From the NCBI GenBank assembly GCA_038248345.1, contig JBBRXO010000058.1, positions 1 through 17,172 on the forward strand: DNA of 17,172 nucleotides, read 5' to 3'. The translations under genes and the position numbers were made by a program. Below the pieces are notes generated by a model. The model did no database searches and was not told the origin of the DNA. It saw nothing but the letters and a program-made list of their open reading frames with translations. Position 1 is the stretch's first letter; each line of letters opens with the position of its first letter. This document shows positions 1-9,026 of this stretch, piece by piece. The stretch comes from Armatimonadota bacterium. GTDB lineage: Bacteria > Armatimonadota > Hebobacteria > CAIYQO01.

Positions 1-121
1 AGCCCATCCCGGCAACCAAAACCGATATTACCACACAAAATGGAAATCGTGTACGGGGATGTTGGGACAATTTTCGGGGATTTTGTTGTCGTTCCCTCCA
101 ACGCCATCCAACATATATTCA

Positions 122-3100
122 TCACTCAAACAGCGCGGCTACGTCGTCTCTGGTCAGCGATTTCATCAGGCCCCCTTCGGTGGATATTAACTGGTCTACC
201 AGCGCTTGTTTCTTCTCCTGCAACAGCAATATCTTCTCCTCTACCGTCTCCTCGGCGATGAATTTGTAGACCATCACCGGGCGCTCCTGCCCGATGCGGT
301 GGGTGCGGTCGGTGGCCTGGCGTTCTACCGCCGGGTTCCACCAGGGGTCGATGTGGATCACGTAGTCGGCGGCGGTAAGGTTTAGCCCGGTACCGCCCGC
401 TTTGAGGCTGATGAGGAAGAAGGGCACGCCGTCATCCTGCTGGAAGGTGTCCACCAAATTCTGCCTGTTCTTCGTCTTCCCGTCCAGATAAAGGTACGGC
501 CACTCACGCTCGTCCAACGAGGTACGCAACAGGGCCAGCATACTGGTGAATTGCGAGAAGATGAGCGCACGGTGGCCTTCCTCGCGCAACACCTCCAGCG
601 ACTCCAGGATAGCCTCGAACTTCGAGCTGGTACCGGTGTAGGATTTGTCGACCAACCGCGGGTCATTGGCCAGTTGCCGCAGACGTAGTAACCCCTCCAA
701 CACCTTGAAGCGCGCTTGTTGCAAGCCGCCGGAGTCGATCATCCCCAGCAATTCGGCACGGTATTTATCCCGTGTTTTCTGGTACAGCTTTTTCTGCGGG
801 GCAGTCATCACACAATAGATCAATCGCTCTGTGCGCGGCGGCAACTCCGGCGTCACCTGTTCCTTGGTACGCCGCAGGATGAAGGGGTGTACCAGTGCCC
901 GCAATGCTTTGGCCGCGTTCTCATCCTGGTTTCGCTGAATTGGCATGGCGAATTGCTCGCGGAAGGCCTCCTGCGAGCCCAGTTGCCCGGGGTTGAGGAA
1001 GGAGAAGAGCGACCAGAGCTCCTCGGTGGAGTTCTCCACCGGGGTACCTGTGAGCGCTAGCCGGTGCTCACAGCGCAACAAGCGGGCGGCGCGGGCGGAC
1101 TGCGAGACCGGGTTTTTGATCGCTTGCGCCTCATCGAGCACAACGTAATGGAAGGGATATTTTTTGAAGATATTCAGATCGCGCAGCATCACCCCATAGG
1201 TGGTGAGCACTAGGTGAATACCATCAAAGGTGGTGTGGTCATTGCTCCGGTCACCATCCGCGTGGATGAGCACCTTCAAATCCGGGGTAAAACGCGCGGC
1301 CTCCCGCGCCCAGTTCTCCAGCAGGGAGCGTGGCATGACGATGAGCGAGGCCGAGGCGGTATGCCCAGATTCGTAGAGGGACTGCAGGAATACCAGCGCT
1401 TGCACCGTCTTACCGATGCCCATGTCGTCCGCCAGACAACCACCGAAGCCGTAGTCATGCAGGAAATGCAGCCAGTCATAGCCCGCACGCTGATAGTGGC
1501 GCAATTCGCCACAGAATTTCGTCGGCAGTGGGCGATTCTCGATCCCGGAGAATTCGCGCAACCGCGTGATGCGCTGGGAATATTCTGCATCCACCGTGGC
1601 ATCCGTTCCCTGCAGCGTGAACTCAAGCAGCATCGCCTGCGTCTTCGACATTCGCACGCCTGTTTCGGTCTCTATTCCCATGGCGAAGATGTGACGATAT
1701 TGGGCGATGATCTCATCCGGCAAGATGCCCAGCGAACCGTCGGGGAGCTTCACGTATCCCTGACGTTTTTTGATCGCCTTCCGCACCTCCGAGATTGCCA
1801 CATCCAGCTCGCCATAACTCACAACTGCCATTACGTCGAACCAGTCGATGCCAGAGGAAACCTTCACACTGACTTTGGGCGCGTTGCGGTTGATCTTGGT
1901 GTTCTTTATCGCCTCTTCGCCATAGACTTCATAGCCGGCCTCCTGCAACTGCGGCACGTGACGCAGCAGGAAGTCGACTGGAGCGACCTTCATTTTAGTC
2001 ACGAAGCGGTTGCCATCGCGTTTAAGGCCGAAGCCGTTCAAGGCACGCCAGGCTACTTCCTCTGCCACAGGGTCGCGGTGTATCGAGATGAGCGTTTCGC
2101 GCTCGTCATCGTATTGCATCGCCGAATCTGGCCAGGTTAGTTCCAGCGGCAGTTCATAACTGTTATACGCATAGGCGACATCAGCAATGATATTCTCGCT
2201 GCCCTCACTCAAATATACCCGGCAAACCGGCGGCACGTCATGCAATTCCTCGCGTTGCCCGATAGCATCGCCGGAGATCTCCGCACTCTCGAGGAGCTTG
2301 GGGAGATAGCGCGCGAAAAATGTCTTCTTCTCCGTCGGGGGGATGACGATCTCCCGTGATTCCAGCAATCCCTGCAGCATGGTAGCGTCACCTTCCACGC
2401 GCAATAGTCGATCATCTACCAGTATCCATAAGGGGTCGGCATTGACGATCACTGTATCATCCTGGGTCAAAATGATCGAGTCATCGCCATCCGGTACCAT
2501 AGGCTGTATTGTGGTACCCGCCTCACCGTTTTTCATAGAAAGTTGCAGCTGGCGCGGTTCCGGATCTACTTCCAATATCGGAGCGGCGAAAGGGTCACCG
2601 TAATAATCGCCGTCGCCGCGGAAGAGCAACGCCTCATGCAGTTGCGGCAATACGAAGGAGAGTACGCTGCTGGACTGCTGATAGTTCGCCAGGCTCACCA
2701 TACGTGCCATAATCCCCAATTCCGCGGTGCCAAAGAGCGGATTGACCGGCGGTTGCCCGTAGTAGGGCATCTCCTTCACCTGATTATTCCGACCCATTTT
2801 TGTAATCGCCAGTTGGACAGCGGCGCGATCATCCAGAATGGAGGGATCGAGTAAAGATGTCGGCATGGTATAGGGGGTTAATTTCCACCCGCTGCCACGA
2901 TAACGCTCCTGCAGACTGAAAAGGATGATTGTCCGCGGTGGGGTGATCTTTTTTGTTGCTTTCGACCCGGAGAGCACGTGCGAAAGCTTATGTTCCCAGA
3001 GATTAGTGACTTTCTGCTGCCCTTGCGCCGCCGAGAGTCTGGCCTGCTGTAACAAGGTAAAAGCCGCCGCCGCCTGATGAGCACAGGGAGTAATTTGTCT

Positions 3101-4093
3101 TCGTGAAGGCGGGCAAGTGCAGGTCATATGGATGGAGAGTTGCTTACCTATTTGTTTCACAAATTGAACGTCGTAAATTTTTCCGTCAGTATCTCGCACA
3201 CTGAATTCAGCATGTTCCGGCGTCATGAATTGGATCAATACACGGCCAGTATTGGCCAGATTTGTCCCTTTATCCATCGTGCCATAGCCCGATTTGGGGA
3301 AGATGCCGGACAGATTATCCGCCTTGCTGAAGATATCCAACAGGCTATCTGACGCAGCAGTAACGTTAACAGCGGCCGGCGGGCGCGGCGAGATGGGGGT
3401 TTTCACCTTGGCCAGCAAGGCCGAGATATCATCACTATCGGCGGAATTGGGTATCAGGCGCGGGCCATCAACAGCCAGTACGGGCGGCGGGGCAATCTGC
3501 GGCTGCACTTCCTTAAGAAAGCGTAAGAGCACCGCTACTTTATGCTTGCACACCTCGCCATCATACGGGCAGGAGCAGGTCATCTTCAGGCCCTTGTTAT
3601 TCTCATATATCTCTACCGAATAATTGCCGTAGCTGCCGTTAACAGTGGCGGAGATGGAGCCCTCGGCTGCCGAAAACTCGATTATCTCTCCATTTCGCAA
3701 ATAGGTCTCACCCCGCTTGAAGATCGCGGAAGAGTCAGCGATCTTCATAACATCGGCGCGCGTCAACGTTTTGAAACGCGGCCCCCATGCGGGAGGATTT
3801 TCTGCGGCTGCGGTGGCGGACTTGGAGGCGGCGATCAGCGTCAGGTCATGGGCGAGGAAGCCCATCTTGCGCAGATCGATACCCTTGTGCCCCAGGTAGT
3901 TCACCTCCGCTGGCTTCATACTTAGCAAAGTGGCGGAATCCCAGGCGATGACGACATACTGCCCCTCCGCTCTATCCTTGGTCTCGACAACCAGCCCCTG
4001 CCAGCCGCCGACTTCAATACCCATGTACTGATCCATAACCCCGCGTTTGACGCTAACCTTATCGTTTACCGCAAATTTCTGCAATTTATACAT
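122..4093 (-). CDS. SNF2/SWI2-family helicase-like ATPase with two SWIM zinc fingers and a small N-terminal SH3-like domain
   Basis: Motifs: LADDMGIGKT (Walker A), VLDEAQAIKN, LALTGTPVEN, FLISLKAGGTGLNLTAADYV, DPWWNP, QATDRTHRIGQ. SWIM-type CSCPYDGEVCKH and CTCPPSRRQITPCAH. ATG at 4093 preferred over TTG at 4135; start uncertain. Confidence 0.95.
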   Translation of the reverse strand: MYKLQKFAVNDKVSVKRGVMDQYMGIEVGGWQGLVVETKDRAEGQYVVIAWDSATLLSMKPAEVNYLGHKGIDLRKMGFLAHDLTLIAASKSATAAAENPPAWGPRFKTLTRADVMKIADSSAIFKRGETYLRNGEIIEFSAAEGSISATVNGSYGNYSVEIYENNKGLKMTCSCPYDGEVCKHKVAVLLRFLKEVQPQIAPPPVLAVDGPRLIPNSADSDDISALLAKVKTPISPRPPAAVNVTAASDSLLDIFSKADNLSGIFPKSGYGTMDKGTNLANTGRVLIQFMTPEHAEFSVRDTDGKIYDVQFVKQIGKQLSIHMTCTCPPSRRQITPCAHQAAAAFTLLQQARLSAAQGQQKVTNLWEHKLSHVLSGSKATKKITPPRTIILFSLQERYRGSGWKLTPYTMPTSLLDPSILDDRAAVQLAITKMGRNNQVKEMPYYGQPPVNPLFGTAELGIMARMVSLANYQQSSSVLSFVLPQLHEALLFRGDGDYYGDPFAAPILEVDPEPRQLQLSMKNGEAGTTIQPMVPDGDDSIILTQDDTVIVNADPLWILVDDRLLRVEGDATMLQGLLESREIVIPPTEKKTFFARYLPKLLESAEISGDAIGQREELHDVPPVCRVYLSEGSENIIADVAYAYNSYELPLELTWPDSAMQYDDERETLISIHRDPVAEEVAWRALNGFGLKRDGNRFVTKMKVAPVDFLLRHVPQLQEAGYEVYGEEAIKNTKINRNAPKVSVKVSSGIDWFDVMAVVSYGELDVAISEVRKAIKKRQGYVKLPDGSLGILPDEIIAQYRHIFAMGIETETGVRMSKTQAMLLEFTLQGTDATVDAEYSQRITRLREFSGIENRPLPTKFCGELRHYQRAGYDWLHFLHDYGFGGCLADDMGIGKTVQALVFLQSLYESGHTASASLIVMPRSLLENWAREAARFTPDLKVLIHADGDRSNDHTTFDGIHLVLTTYGVMLRDLNIFKKYPFHYVVLDEAQAIKNPVSQSARAARLLRCEHRLALTGTPVENSTEELWSLFSFLNPGQLGSQEAFREQFAMPIQRNQDENAAKALRALVHPFILRRTKEQVTPELPPRTERLIYCVMTAPQKKLYQKTRDKYRAELLGMIDSGGLQQARFKVLEGLLRLRQLANDPRLVDKSYTGTSSKFEAILESLEVLREEGHRALIFSQFTSMLALLRTSLDEREWPYLYLDGKTKNRQNLVDTFQQDDGVPFFLISLKAGGTGLNLTAADYVIHIDPWWNPAVERQATDRTHRIGQERPVMVYKFIAEETVEEKILLLQEKKQALVDQLISTEGGLMKSLTRDDVAALFE

Positions 4094-4221
4094 CAGTACA
4101 TTGTCGCTGATTAAGCACTGGTGCGTCAACGGCAAAATACCCGGACTGAAATGTTAACGTCTTAGAAGTGCCCTGGAACCGGGGTTTTAATCTCAGCATG
4201 AAAGCGGTTTTGCAATTAGCT

Positions 4222-4740
4222 CTATAGTACATTCACCCGGAATTTACCTTCCAGTTTCACGTTGGTACAGGTAATATTCAGGTTAGTTGGCGTACCGATG
4301 GCATAGAGAGAAAATTGGGCGGTGGAGATAATCTGGCCCGCCTCCTGCGATAACGGCTGCCAGCCGCTATCATAATTCGATTCGCCAGCGGGGATGGTAA
4401 CAGTCATTAGTTTCTTCCCACTGGCGACCACCTGGGTGGAGGATAAGCCGCTGTTGCTGCTGACATAAATATCCGCCGTGACCTGTATGGTATCAGCATT
4501 GATCACGTGCATAGTGGCCTTGACTCCATCAAATCCGGCGATCTGCCCGAGATATTTGCTCCATTCATTATCCGCTTTCTGATTTATATCCCAATGCCAG
4601 AAGCCCGCCGGAGAGGCGGTGGCAGTAGAGAAATCAGAAACAGTGAAAGGTAGCTGAATAGGAAGCTGCAACAAAGTTCCGCCGCAACCGCCAAGGAGTA
4701 ACGTAGCAAATACTGCTATACAGGGCACCAGGTATCGCAT
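4222..4740 (-). CDS. Putative lipoprotein of unknown function (172 aa)
   Basis: Signal peptide with lipobox MRYLVPCIAVFATLLLGG-C. GAGAGGA RBS upstream. Mature part looks beta-rich. Confidence 0.8.
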   Translation of the reverse strand: MRYLVPCIAVFATLLLGGCGGTLLQLPIQLPFTVSDFSTATASPAGFWHWDINQKADNEWSKYLGQIAGFDGVKATMHVINADTIQVTADIYVSSNSGLSSTQVVASGKKLMTVTIPAGESNYDSGWQPLSQEAGQIISTAQFSLYAIGTPTNLNITCTNVKLEGKFRVNVL

Positions 4741-4813
4741 AGATTTAATTTCCTCTCATTGTACAATGGTTGTATTCTGGGTAAAAACTGGTAATCAGGA
4801 GTCTTCTTAAGGT

Positions 4814-4841
4814 ATTATATACTCCTGAATGGCCGTGTCAA
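4814..4841 (-). promoter_or_regulatory. Sigma70-type promoter for the lipoprotein gene
   Basis: Minus strand TTGACA (4841-4836), 16-nt spacer, TATAAT (4819-4814). Confidence 0.7.
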
Positions 4842-4880
4842 TAGCTTGGAGTCAGCCGTTCTATAATGTGGGAGTAAAAT

Positions 4881-5987
4881 TTGAAGATTCTGGACCGTTA
4901 TATATTGAGTTCCGTTGCCGCGACCTTCGCCTTCGGGCTGACCATGTTCATGGTGCTGCTGTTAGCAATGTTCCTGTTGAAGGATCTGATCGACTTGATC
5001 GCCACGCAGAATGTGCCGGTGCTCATCGCCCTGGCAATATTCGGCTGTAAAATCCCTGGCATGTTGGTATATGCCTTCCCCATGGCGGTGTTACTCGGAG
5101 TGCTACTGGTCTTCGGGCAAATGTCCGCCACCAGCGAGATGGTGGCGGTGCGCGCCGCCGGGGTGAGTTTTACTCGAGTTATCATCCCGGTGTTTATCTT
5201 CGCTATATTGGTCTCCGGTGTCACCTACTACTTATCTGATGTCGTCGCGAGTAACTTCAGCGACAAAGCGAAAATGCTAACCAAACTTGCGCTGATGCAA
5301 CGCGAAAATAAACCGATCTCCCTCTCTCATCAGGACGAGCAGGGACGCCTGGTCTACTCGTTGATGGCGGACAAGCTGGATGTCGGCGCGGGTGAGATGA
5401 CGAAATTGAGTTTCACCCTCTACAACGAAGGTATTCCCACCATCTTCATTTACGCCGAGAAAGCCACCTGGGACCTTGAGAAGGGACAATGGGTCTTCCA
5501 TGGGGGACGCGTCAATGCAGTGGATCCGCGTGCGGTGAACTTCACAGTGGCGCCGAATTCTCCCGATTCCAGTTTCTCCGTCGAGAGCGCCGCGCTCTCG
5601 CTTAAAGAAGATCCTTTTACCATGAATAATGCGCGAAAAAACCCCGAGGAACTCTCTTCGTTACAGATGAAAAGACTCATCAACGGTCTTACCGACCCAC
5701 TGGAGATAACGCGTTGGAATACCCGCCTGCAACAACGCTACGCTCTCCCCTTCTCCTGCCTTATCTTTGCCCTCATCGGCGCGCCGCTGGGACTGCGGAG
5801 CCACCGCAGCAGCTCGGCCGTCGGTCTGGGCGTCAGCCTGATGGTGATATTCTGCTATTACTTTGTGGCCATCTATCTGGCCACCTTCAGCGATAGCGGC
5901 CGGGTATCCCCTATGATGGCCGCCTGGACGCCCAACATCCTGGGCGGTGTCTTTGGAATCTATCTGCTCTGGCGGGCAAATCGGTAG
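4881..5987 (+). CDS. LptF/LptG (YjgP/YjgQ) family LPS export permease
   Basis: MKILDRYI N-terminus, 3 TM segments, SEMVAVRAAGVS motif, periplasmic domain, RYALPFSCLIFALIGAPLG, C-terminal AAWTPN. TTG start with GGGAG RBS; TATAAT at 4862-4867. Confidence 0.93.
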   Translation: MKILDRYILSSVAATFAFGLTMFMVLLLAMFLLKDLIDLIATQNVPVLIALAIFGCKIPGMLVYAFPMAVLLGVLLVFGQMSATSEMVAVRAAGVSFTRVIIPVFIFAILVSGVTYYLSDVVASNFSDKAKMLTKLALMQRENKPISLSHQDEQGRLVYSLMADKLDVGAGEMTKLSFTLYNEGIPTIFIYAEKATWDLEKGQWVFHGGRVNAVDPRAVNFTVAPNSPDSSFSVESAALSLKEDPFTMNNARKNPEELSSLQMKRLINGLTDPLEITRWNTRLQQRYALPFSCLIFALIGAPLGLRSHRSSSAVGLGVSLMVIFCYYFVAIYLATFSDSGRVSPMMAAWTPNILGGVFGIYLLWRANR

Positions 5988-6069
5988 GTTTTCTTCAATA
6001 TCCTGAAACTTTTCTGCCATACTGGTGTCAATAATAACGGGAGTAATCCCGAAAGTGAGGGTTGGGGAC

Positions 6070-7056
6070 GTGAAGTGCCCGCAGACTGACATAGATTGGC
6101 AAGGATATTCAGAAGCGGAAGATGTACGCATGAAGCAGCATCTGACCGGGTGTCACGCCTGCCGCGTGCGCGCCAGTGAATATGACGCGTTACACGCGTT
6201 ACTTGCCGCGTTGCCAACTGTTGCCGCTCCTGTCACAGCCGCCCCTGCAGCTGCCCCTGCTGGCGAGCTTACTTGCACCCAATTTCACGAACTGCTGGAA
6301 CAATGGCGCGAAGGTGAACTGGATACCACCAAAGCTTTCCTGATGGATGACCATATACTCTGGTGCGACCCGTGCGCCGCCGAAGTGGAACGAGCAGAAC
6401 GTCTGCAAATCCTATTAAACGATATGCCATCGCTGACAGTTCCGGCTATTGTCTCCGAGCGCATTGCCGCCGCCCAAGTGCCCTGGTGGGAACGTATCCT
6501 GCCCCCCGCACATGCGTGGCAGCGCGTCGGCTGGGCGACCGCCGCCGCTGCTCTACTGCTGGTAACCACACTGTCGCGCACCCCGCAAGTCGCAAACGTC
6601 GCGCGTGTACCGCAACAGCCACGGCCCACTTCAGCAACGGAAATGAGGCCAATAGTAGCACCGGTAACAGTACAACCTATTGCTGTATTGCCAACACCCG
6701 AAGTACATCCAGCGGTAACGATCCCCACGGTTAGAATGAAACCTGCAACGCCGCCATCTGCTACGCGCACAAAGAAATCAGAGGAAACCAACAACACTGT
6801 GGCTATTGTTTATAAGAATCCAACTGGTGCAAAGCCAGAAAAATTGCCTGTCAAAGTGGATAAAGCACCCGTAGATACAGCTCCGGTGAACATCGTAGTA
6901 CCCGAGCCAGTGGTTGTAATACCGACATATTATGATGTGGCAAAATCTGCGCTGGAGCATATCTCCGCTGAGTCGCGCTACGGAATGTCCGAAGAGGACG
7001 CCTCTAATGTGCCGGAGAATATCTCCATGCTACCTGGCGCGCGGCCAAATGGATAA
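6070..7056 (+). CDS. Anti-sigma-factor-like membrane protein with two zf-HC2 (ZAS) domains
   Basis: HLTGCHAC and HILWCDPC (HxxxCxxC), each preceded by an upstream Cys; one TM helix (WATAAAALLLVTTL); Pro/Thr/Val-rich tail. GTG 6070 (MKCPQ) preferred over 6025. Confidence 0.8.
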   Translation: MKCPQTDIDWQGYSEAEDVRMKQHLTGCHACRVRASEYDALHALLAALPTVAAPVTAAPAAAPAGELTCTQFHELLEQWREGELDTTKAFLMDDHILWCDPCAAEVERAERLQILLNDMPSLTVPAIVSERIAAAQVPWWERILPPAHAWQRVGWATAAAALLLVTTLSRTPQVANVARVPQQPRPTSATEMRPIVAPVTVQPIAVLPTPEVHPAVTIPTVRMKPATPPSATRTKKSEETNNTVAIVYKNPTGAKPEKLPVKVDKAPVDTAPVNIVVPEPVVVIPTYYDVAKSALEHISAESRYGMSEEDASNVPENISMLPGARPNG

Positions 7057-7128
7057 TAATTGGGCGAACAATCTTTGCTGAATGCCGATGACAAAGATCA
7101 TCGGCATTGTCATATCAAAGGAACTATC

Positions 7129-7986
7129 ATGATTTCAATCGTCATCCCCAGCTTCAATAAGCTCTTTTATACGCGCCGGTGTCTGGAAAGTCTGCTGCAT
7201 ACCACCGATATGGAGTATGAATTCATCATTGTCGACAACGGGTCGGCGGACGGTACGCCGGAGTACCTGCTGGCGTTCCGCAAAGTCGCCGCCGCGCAGG
7301 GAGTGGCCACCACCTTCATCCTCAACGACCACAACGTGGGTGCCTGCACCGCGCGCAACCAGGGGATAGCGGTGTGCCGTGGCAGCGAGGTAGCCTTCCT
7401 GGATAACGACATCGTGCTGCGTGACCGGGGGTGGCTGACTCGTATGCACACGGCACTGTATGCGGCGGATGACATAGCGGCGGTGATCCCCAAGCTGCTC
7501 TTCCCCTTCCCCCCTTTCGCCATCGAGCACGCGGGCATCGCCATCGCCCCCACCGGGCAGGTCGGCTACCTGGGGCGCGGGGTTGACCGCGAGGCTGCCG
7601 AGTTCAGTCAACCTTATGAGTTGCAGGGGGCGGCGAGCGCCTGCATATTAGTGCGCAAAGCGGCGCTGGACGAGGTGGGAGGCTTTGACGAGATTTTCAA
7701 CCCGGTGCAGTTCGAAGACCTGGACATTGAATACCGCATGAAAGCCGCCGGCTACCGCCTGCGTTACCAGCCAGAAGTGGAGATGTATCACTTCGAGAAC
7801 GTCACCACCGACGAAAGCCCACAGATCAACTTCAAATACCAGACCATCAAGAACGGCCTAGAGTTCAAACGCCGCTGGCGCCACGTCTTCGCCAGCGAAA
7901 ACGGCCCCGCCCCCGACACCCTCCAGTGGGCCGCCCTCCCCCGCACCCGCATCGAGGAGATCGGGGAATTGGCGGAGCGGGATTGA
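7129..7986 (+). CDS. Family 2 glycosyltransferase
   Basis: ISIVIPSFN, IIVDNGSADGT, ARNQG, FLDND (DxD), GGFDE, FEDLD. ATG 7129 follows an AAAGGA RBS. Confidence 0.93.
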   Translation: MISIVIPSFNKLFYTRRCLESLLHTTDMEYEFIIVDNGSADGTPEYLLAFRKVAAAQGVATTFILNDHNVGACTARNQGIAVCRGSEVAFLDNDIVLRDRGWLTRMHTALYAADDIAAVIPKLLFPFPPFAIEHAGIAIAPTGQVGYLGRGVDREAAEFSQPYELQGAASACILVRKAALDEVGGFDEIFNPVQFEDLDIEYRMKAAGYRLRYQPEVEMYHFENVTTDESPQINFKYQTIKNGLEFKRRWRHVFASENGPAPDTLQWAALPRTRIEEIGELAERD

Positions 7987-8105
7987 CGGTTTCTCTGTTA
8001 TTAGTAATGAAAAAAACCATGCATTAAAGCGGATAATGGTAACGAATCCGTCAATAAGTGAGAATTTCGACACTTTCCGGCATTTTTCAAGCCGATATCG
8101 CCAGG

Positions 8106-8473
8106 TCATTCGAACTGAATAACCTGGCTGGTGTTGTTGGACAGTATGCACGCTTCCATCAGTTTCATGACCCGCATGACTTCGGTATTCTGAATTTCCG
8201 GTTCGGCCTTGCCTGCAATGACCGCGATTACATTGCGGTAAAAATCGCGCACATCCGCTTTAACGCGAGGCAGGGGCTCTTCGGTGGCGGTGGTATCAAT
8301 GCGGGGCGCCATGGTCTTGGTTAAGCCAGCGCCTGCTACGATGGGTTTGGCGTCCATATCCTCGAATGACCGGAGTTTCATGATATTGCCGTTCAACGAC
8401 CAATCATCAATGAATGCTGATACCCCATGCCACCGAATCCCACGATGGCCACTCCTATCGATTTACTGTTCAT
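8106..8473 (-). pseudogene. Gfo/Idh/MocA oxidoreductase pseudogene with a large internal deletion and frame change
   Basis: ATG 8473 reads MNSKSIGVAIVGFGGMGYQHSLMIGR* (Rossmann GxGxxG). An overlapping different frame reads IDDWSLNGNIMK...AGLTKTMAPR...DFYRNV...VMRVMKLMEA, typical of the family C-terminus. Confidence 0.8.
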
Positions 8474-8538
8474 ATTTCTTCAACTCTGCCAAGTGTAGAA
8501 TTAGCTAATCTCCGGATCAGCCGTGTAGCATCACTAAC

Positions 8539-8568
8539 AGGATAGTAAGCTGCTACTAGTTGTGTCAA
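8539..8568 (-). promoter_or_regulatory. Possible sigma70 promoter for the oxidoreductase pseudogene
   Basis: Minus strand TTGACA (8568-8563), 18-nt spacer, TATCCT (8544-8539). Confidence 0.35.
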
Positions 8569-8605
8569 GCGGTCGGCAAGCGGGGGGAGGAGGGCGGTAA
8601 CACTC

Positions 8606-8704
8606 CGCGGCAGTTATCCGGAAATTCCGGATAACTGAGTCCAAAGGCAACTCTCCCTCGGCGAAGATGTTTTTGATGTGTTCACCAATTGTGCGCACAT
8701 CTTT
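8606..8704 (-). pseudogene. RhuM-family DNA-binding protein fragment
   Basis: KDVRTIGEHIKNIFAEGELPLDSVIRNFRITAA matches the RhuM-family N-terminal pattern (T-I-x-E-H-I-K-N-I-F-x-E-G-E-L...SVIRNFRITA). Similarity stops on both sides. Confidence 0.8.
8611..8637. repeat. Perfect inverted repeat (13-bp arms, 1-nt centre) inside the RhuM fragment
   Basis: CAGTTATCCGGAA-A-TTCCGGATAACTG. Confidence 0.95.
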
Positions 8705-8743
8705 ACCAGTTTCAATTATATCACAATGGTGGGTGACCCGATC
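8705..8743 (-). pseudogene. IS21-family IstB helper ATPase C-terminal fragment
   Basis: DRVTHHCDIIETG resembles the IstB motif DRLTHHCDIxETG; only 13 codons. Confidence 0.6.
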
Positions 8744-8896
8744 CGGCACCGCATAGCACTGAGACATTCACAAGGAAACGCGCCTTCTCGGTTTGCTGTG
8801 GGGCGAGTTCTGACAGAACAGTGAGCAAACAATAACATCCCGTCCCTGCCATCCCGTAATAGGATTTGGCAGTAACGTGGTGATCTTTATAATTTT

Positions 8897-8916
8897 TTGG
8901 TGCTACCTTGGTGCCA
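8897..8916. repeat. Direct repeats TTGGTGCTA / TTGGTGCCA, putative integrase arm-type sites
   Basis: Copies at 8897-8905 and 8908-8916, 11 bp apart; same motif recurs at 9027-9061. Confidence 0.6.
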
Positions 8917-8939
8917 GTAGCCTGAATTGAGGCTAAATA

Positions 8940-8984
8940 TGAATCCCCCTGACGGATTCGAACCGACGACCTGCGCATTACAAG
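8940..8984 (-). mobile_element. Attachment-site core: 3' half of tRNA-Thr(UGU), not an intact tRNA
   Basis: Minus strand CTTGTAA-TGCGC-AGGTC-GTCGG-TTCGAAT-CCGTC-AGGGGGA-T-TCA gives anticodon loop (UGU), variable loop, T-arm (one mismatch) and acceptor 3' strand. Upstream ACTGC cannot pair with TGCGC, and no D-arm or 5' acceptor strand is present. Confidence 0.85.
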
Positions 8985-9026
8985 GCAGTTGGGCGTCCGG
9001 CTGGTTTAGCCTCATATTTCGGCACT

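Noticed and set aside
1..122. Minus-strand ATG at 122 overlapping the SNF2 stop (TGATG), open to the window edge
   Set aside because: The 40-aa peptide has no recognisable motif or RBS; it cannot be supported.
1214..2140. Long antisense ORFs (also 7135-7611, 15382-15975, 15542-16195 and others)
   Set aside because: Shadow frames of well-supported GC-rich genes, with no motifs.
4826..4841. Shared GCCATTCA after TTGACA in the promoters at 4841 and 9326
   Set aside because: An 8-bp match at different offsets; plausibly chance.
4881..5987. Single lptF/G gene without its partner
   Set aside because: Unpaired LptF/G genes are common outside Proteobacteria; not unusual.
8686..8694. CAATTGTGC, a partial third copy of the paralogue A palindrome
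   Set aside because: Only 9 bp, and explained by the RhuM RTI codons.
8940..9020. Intact tRNA-Thr gene
   Set aside because: The anticodon stem 5' strand, D-arm and 5' acceptor strand are missing.
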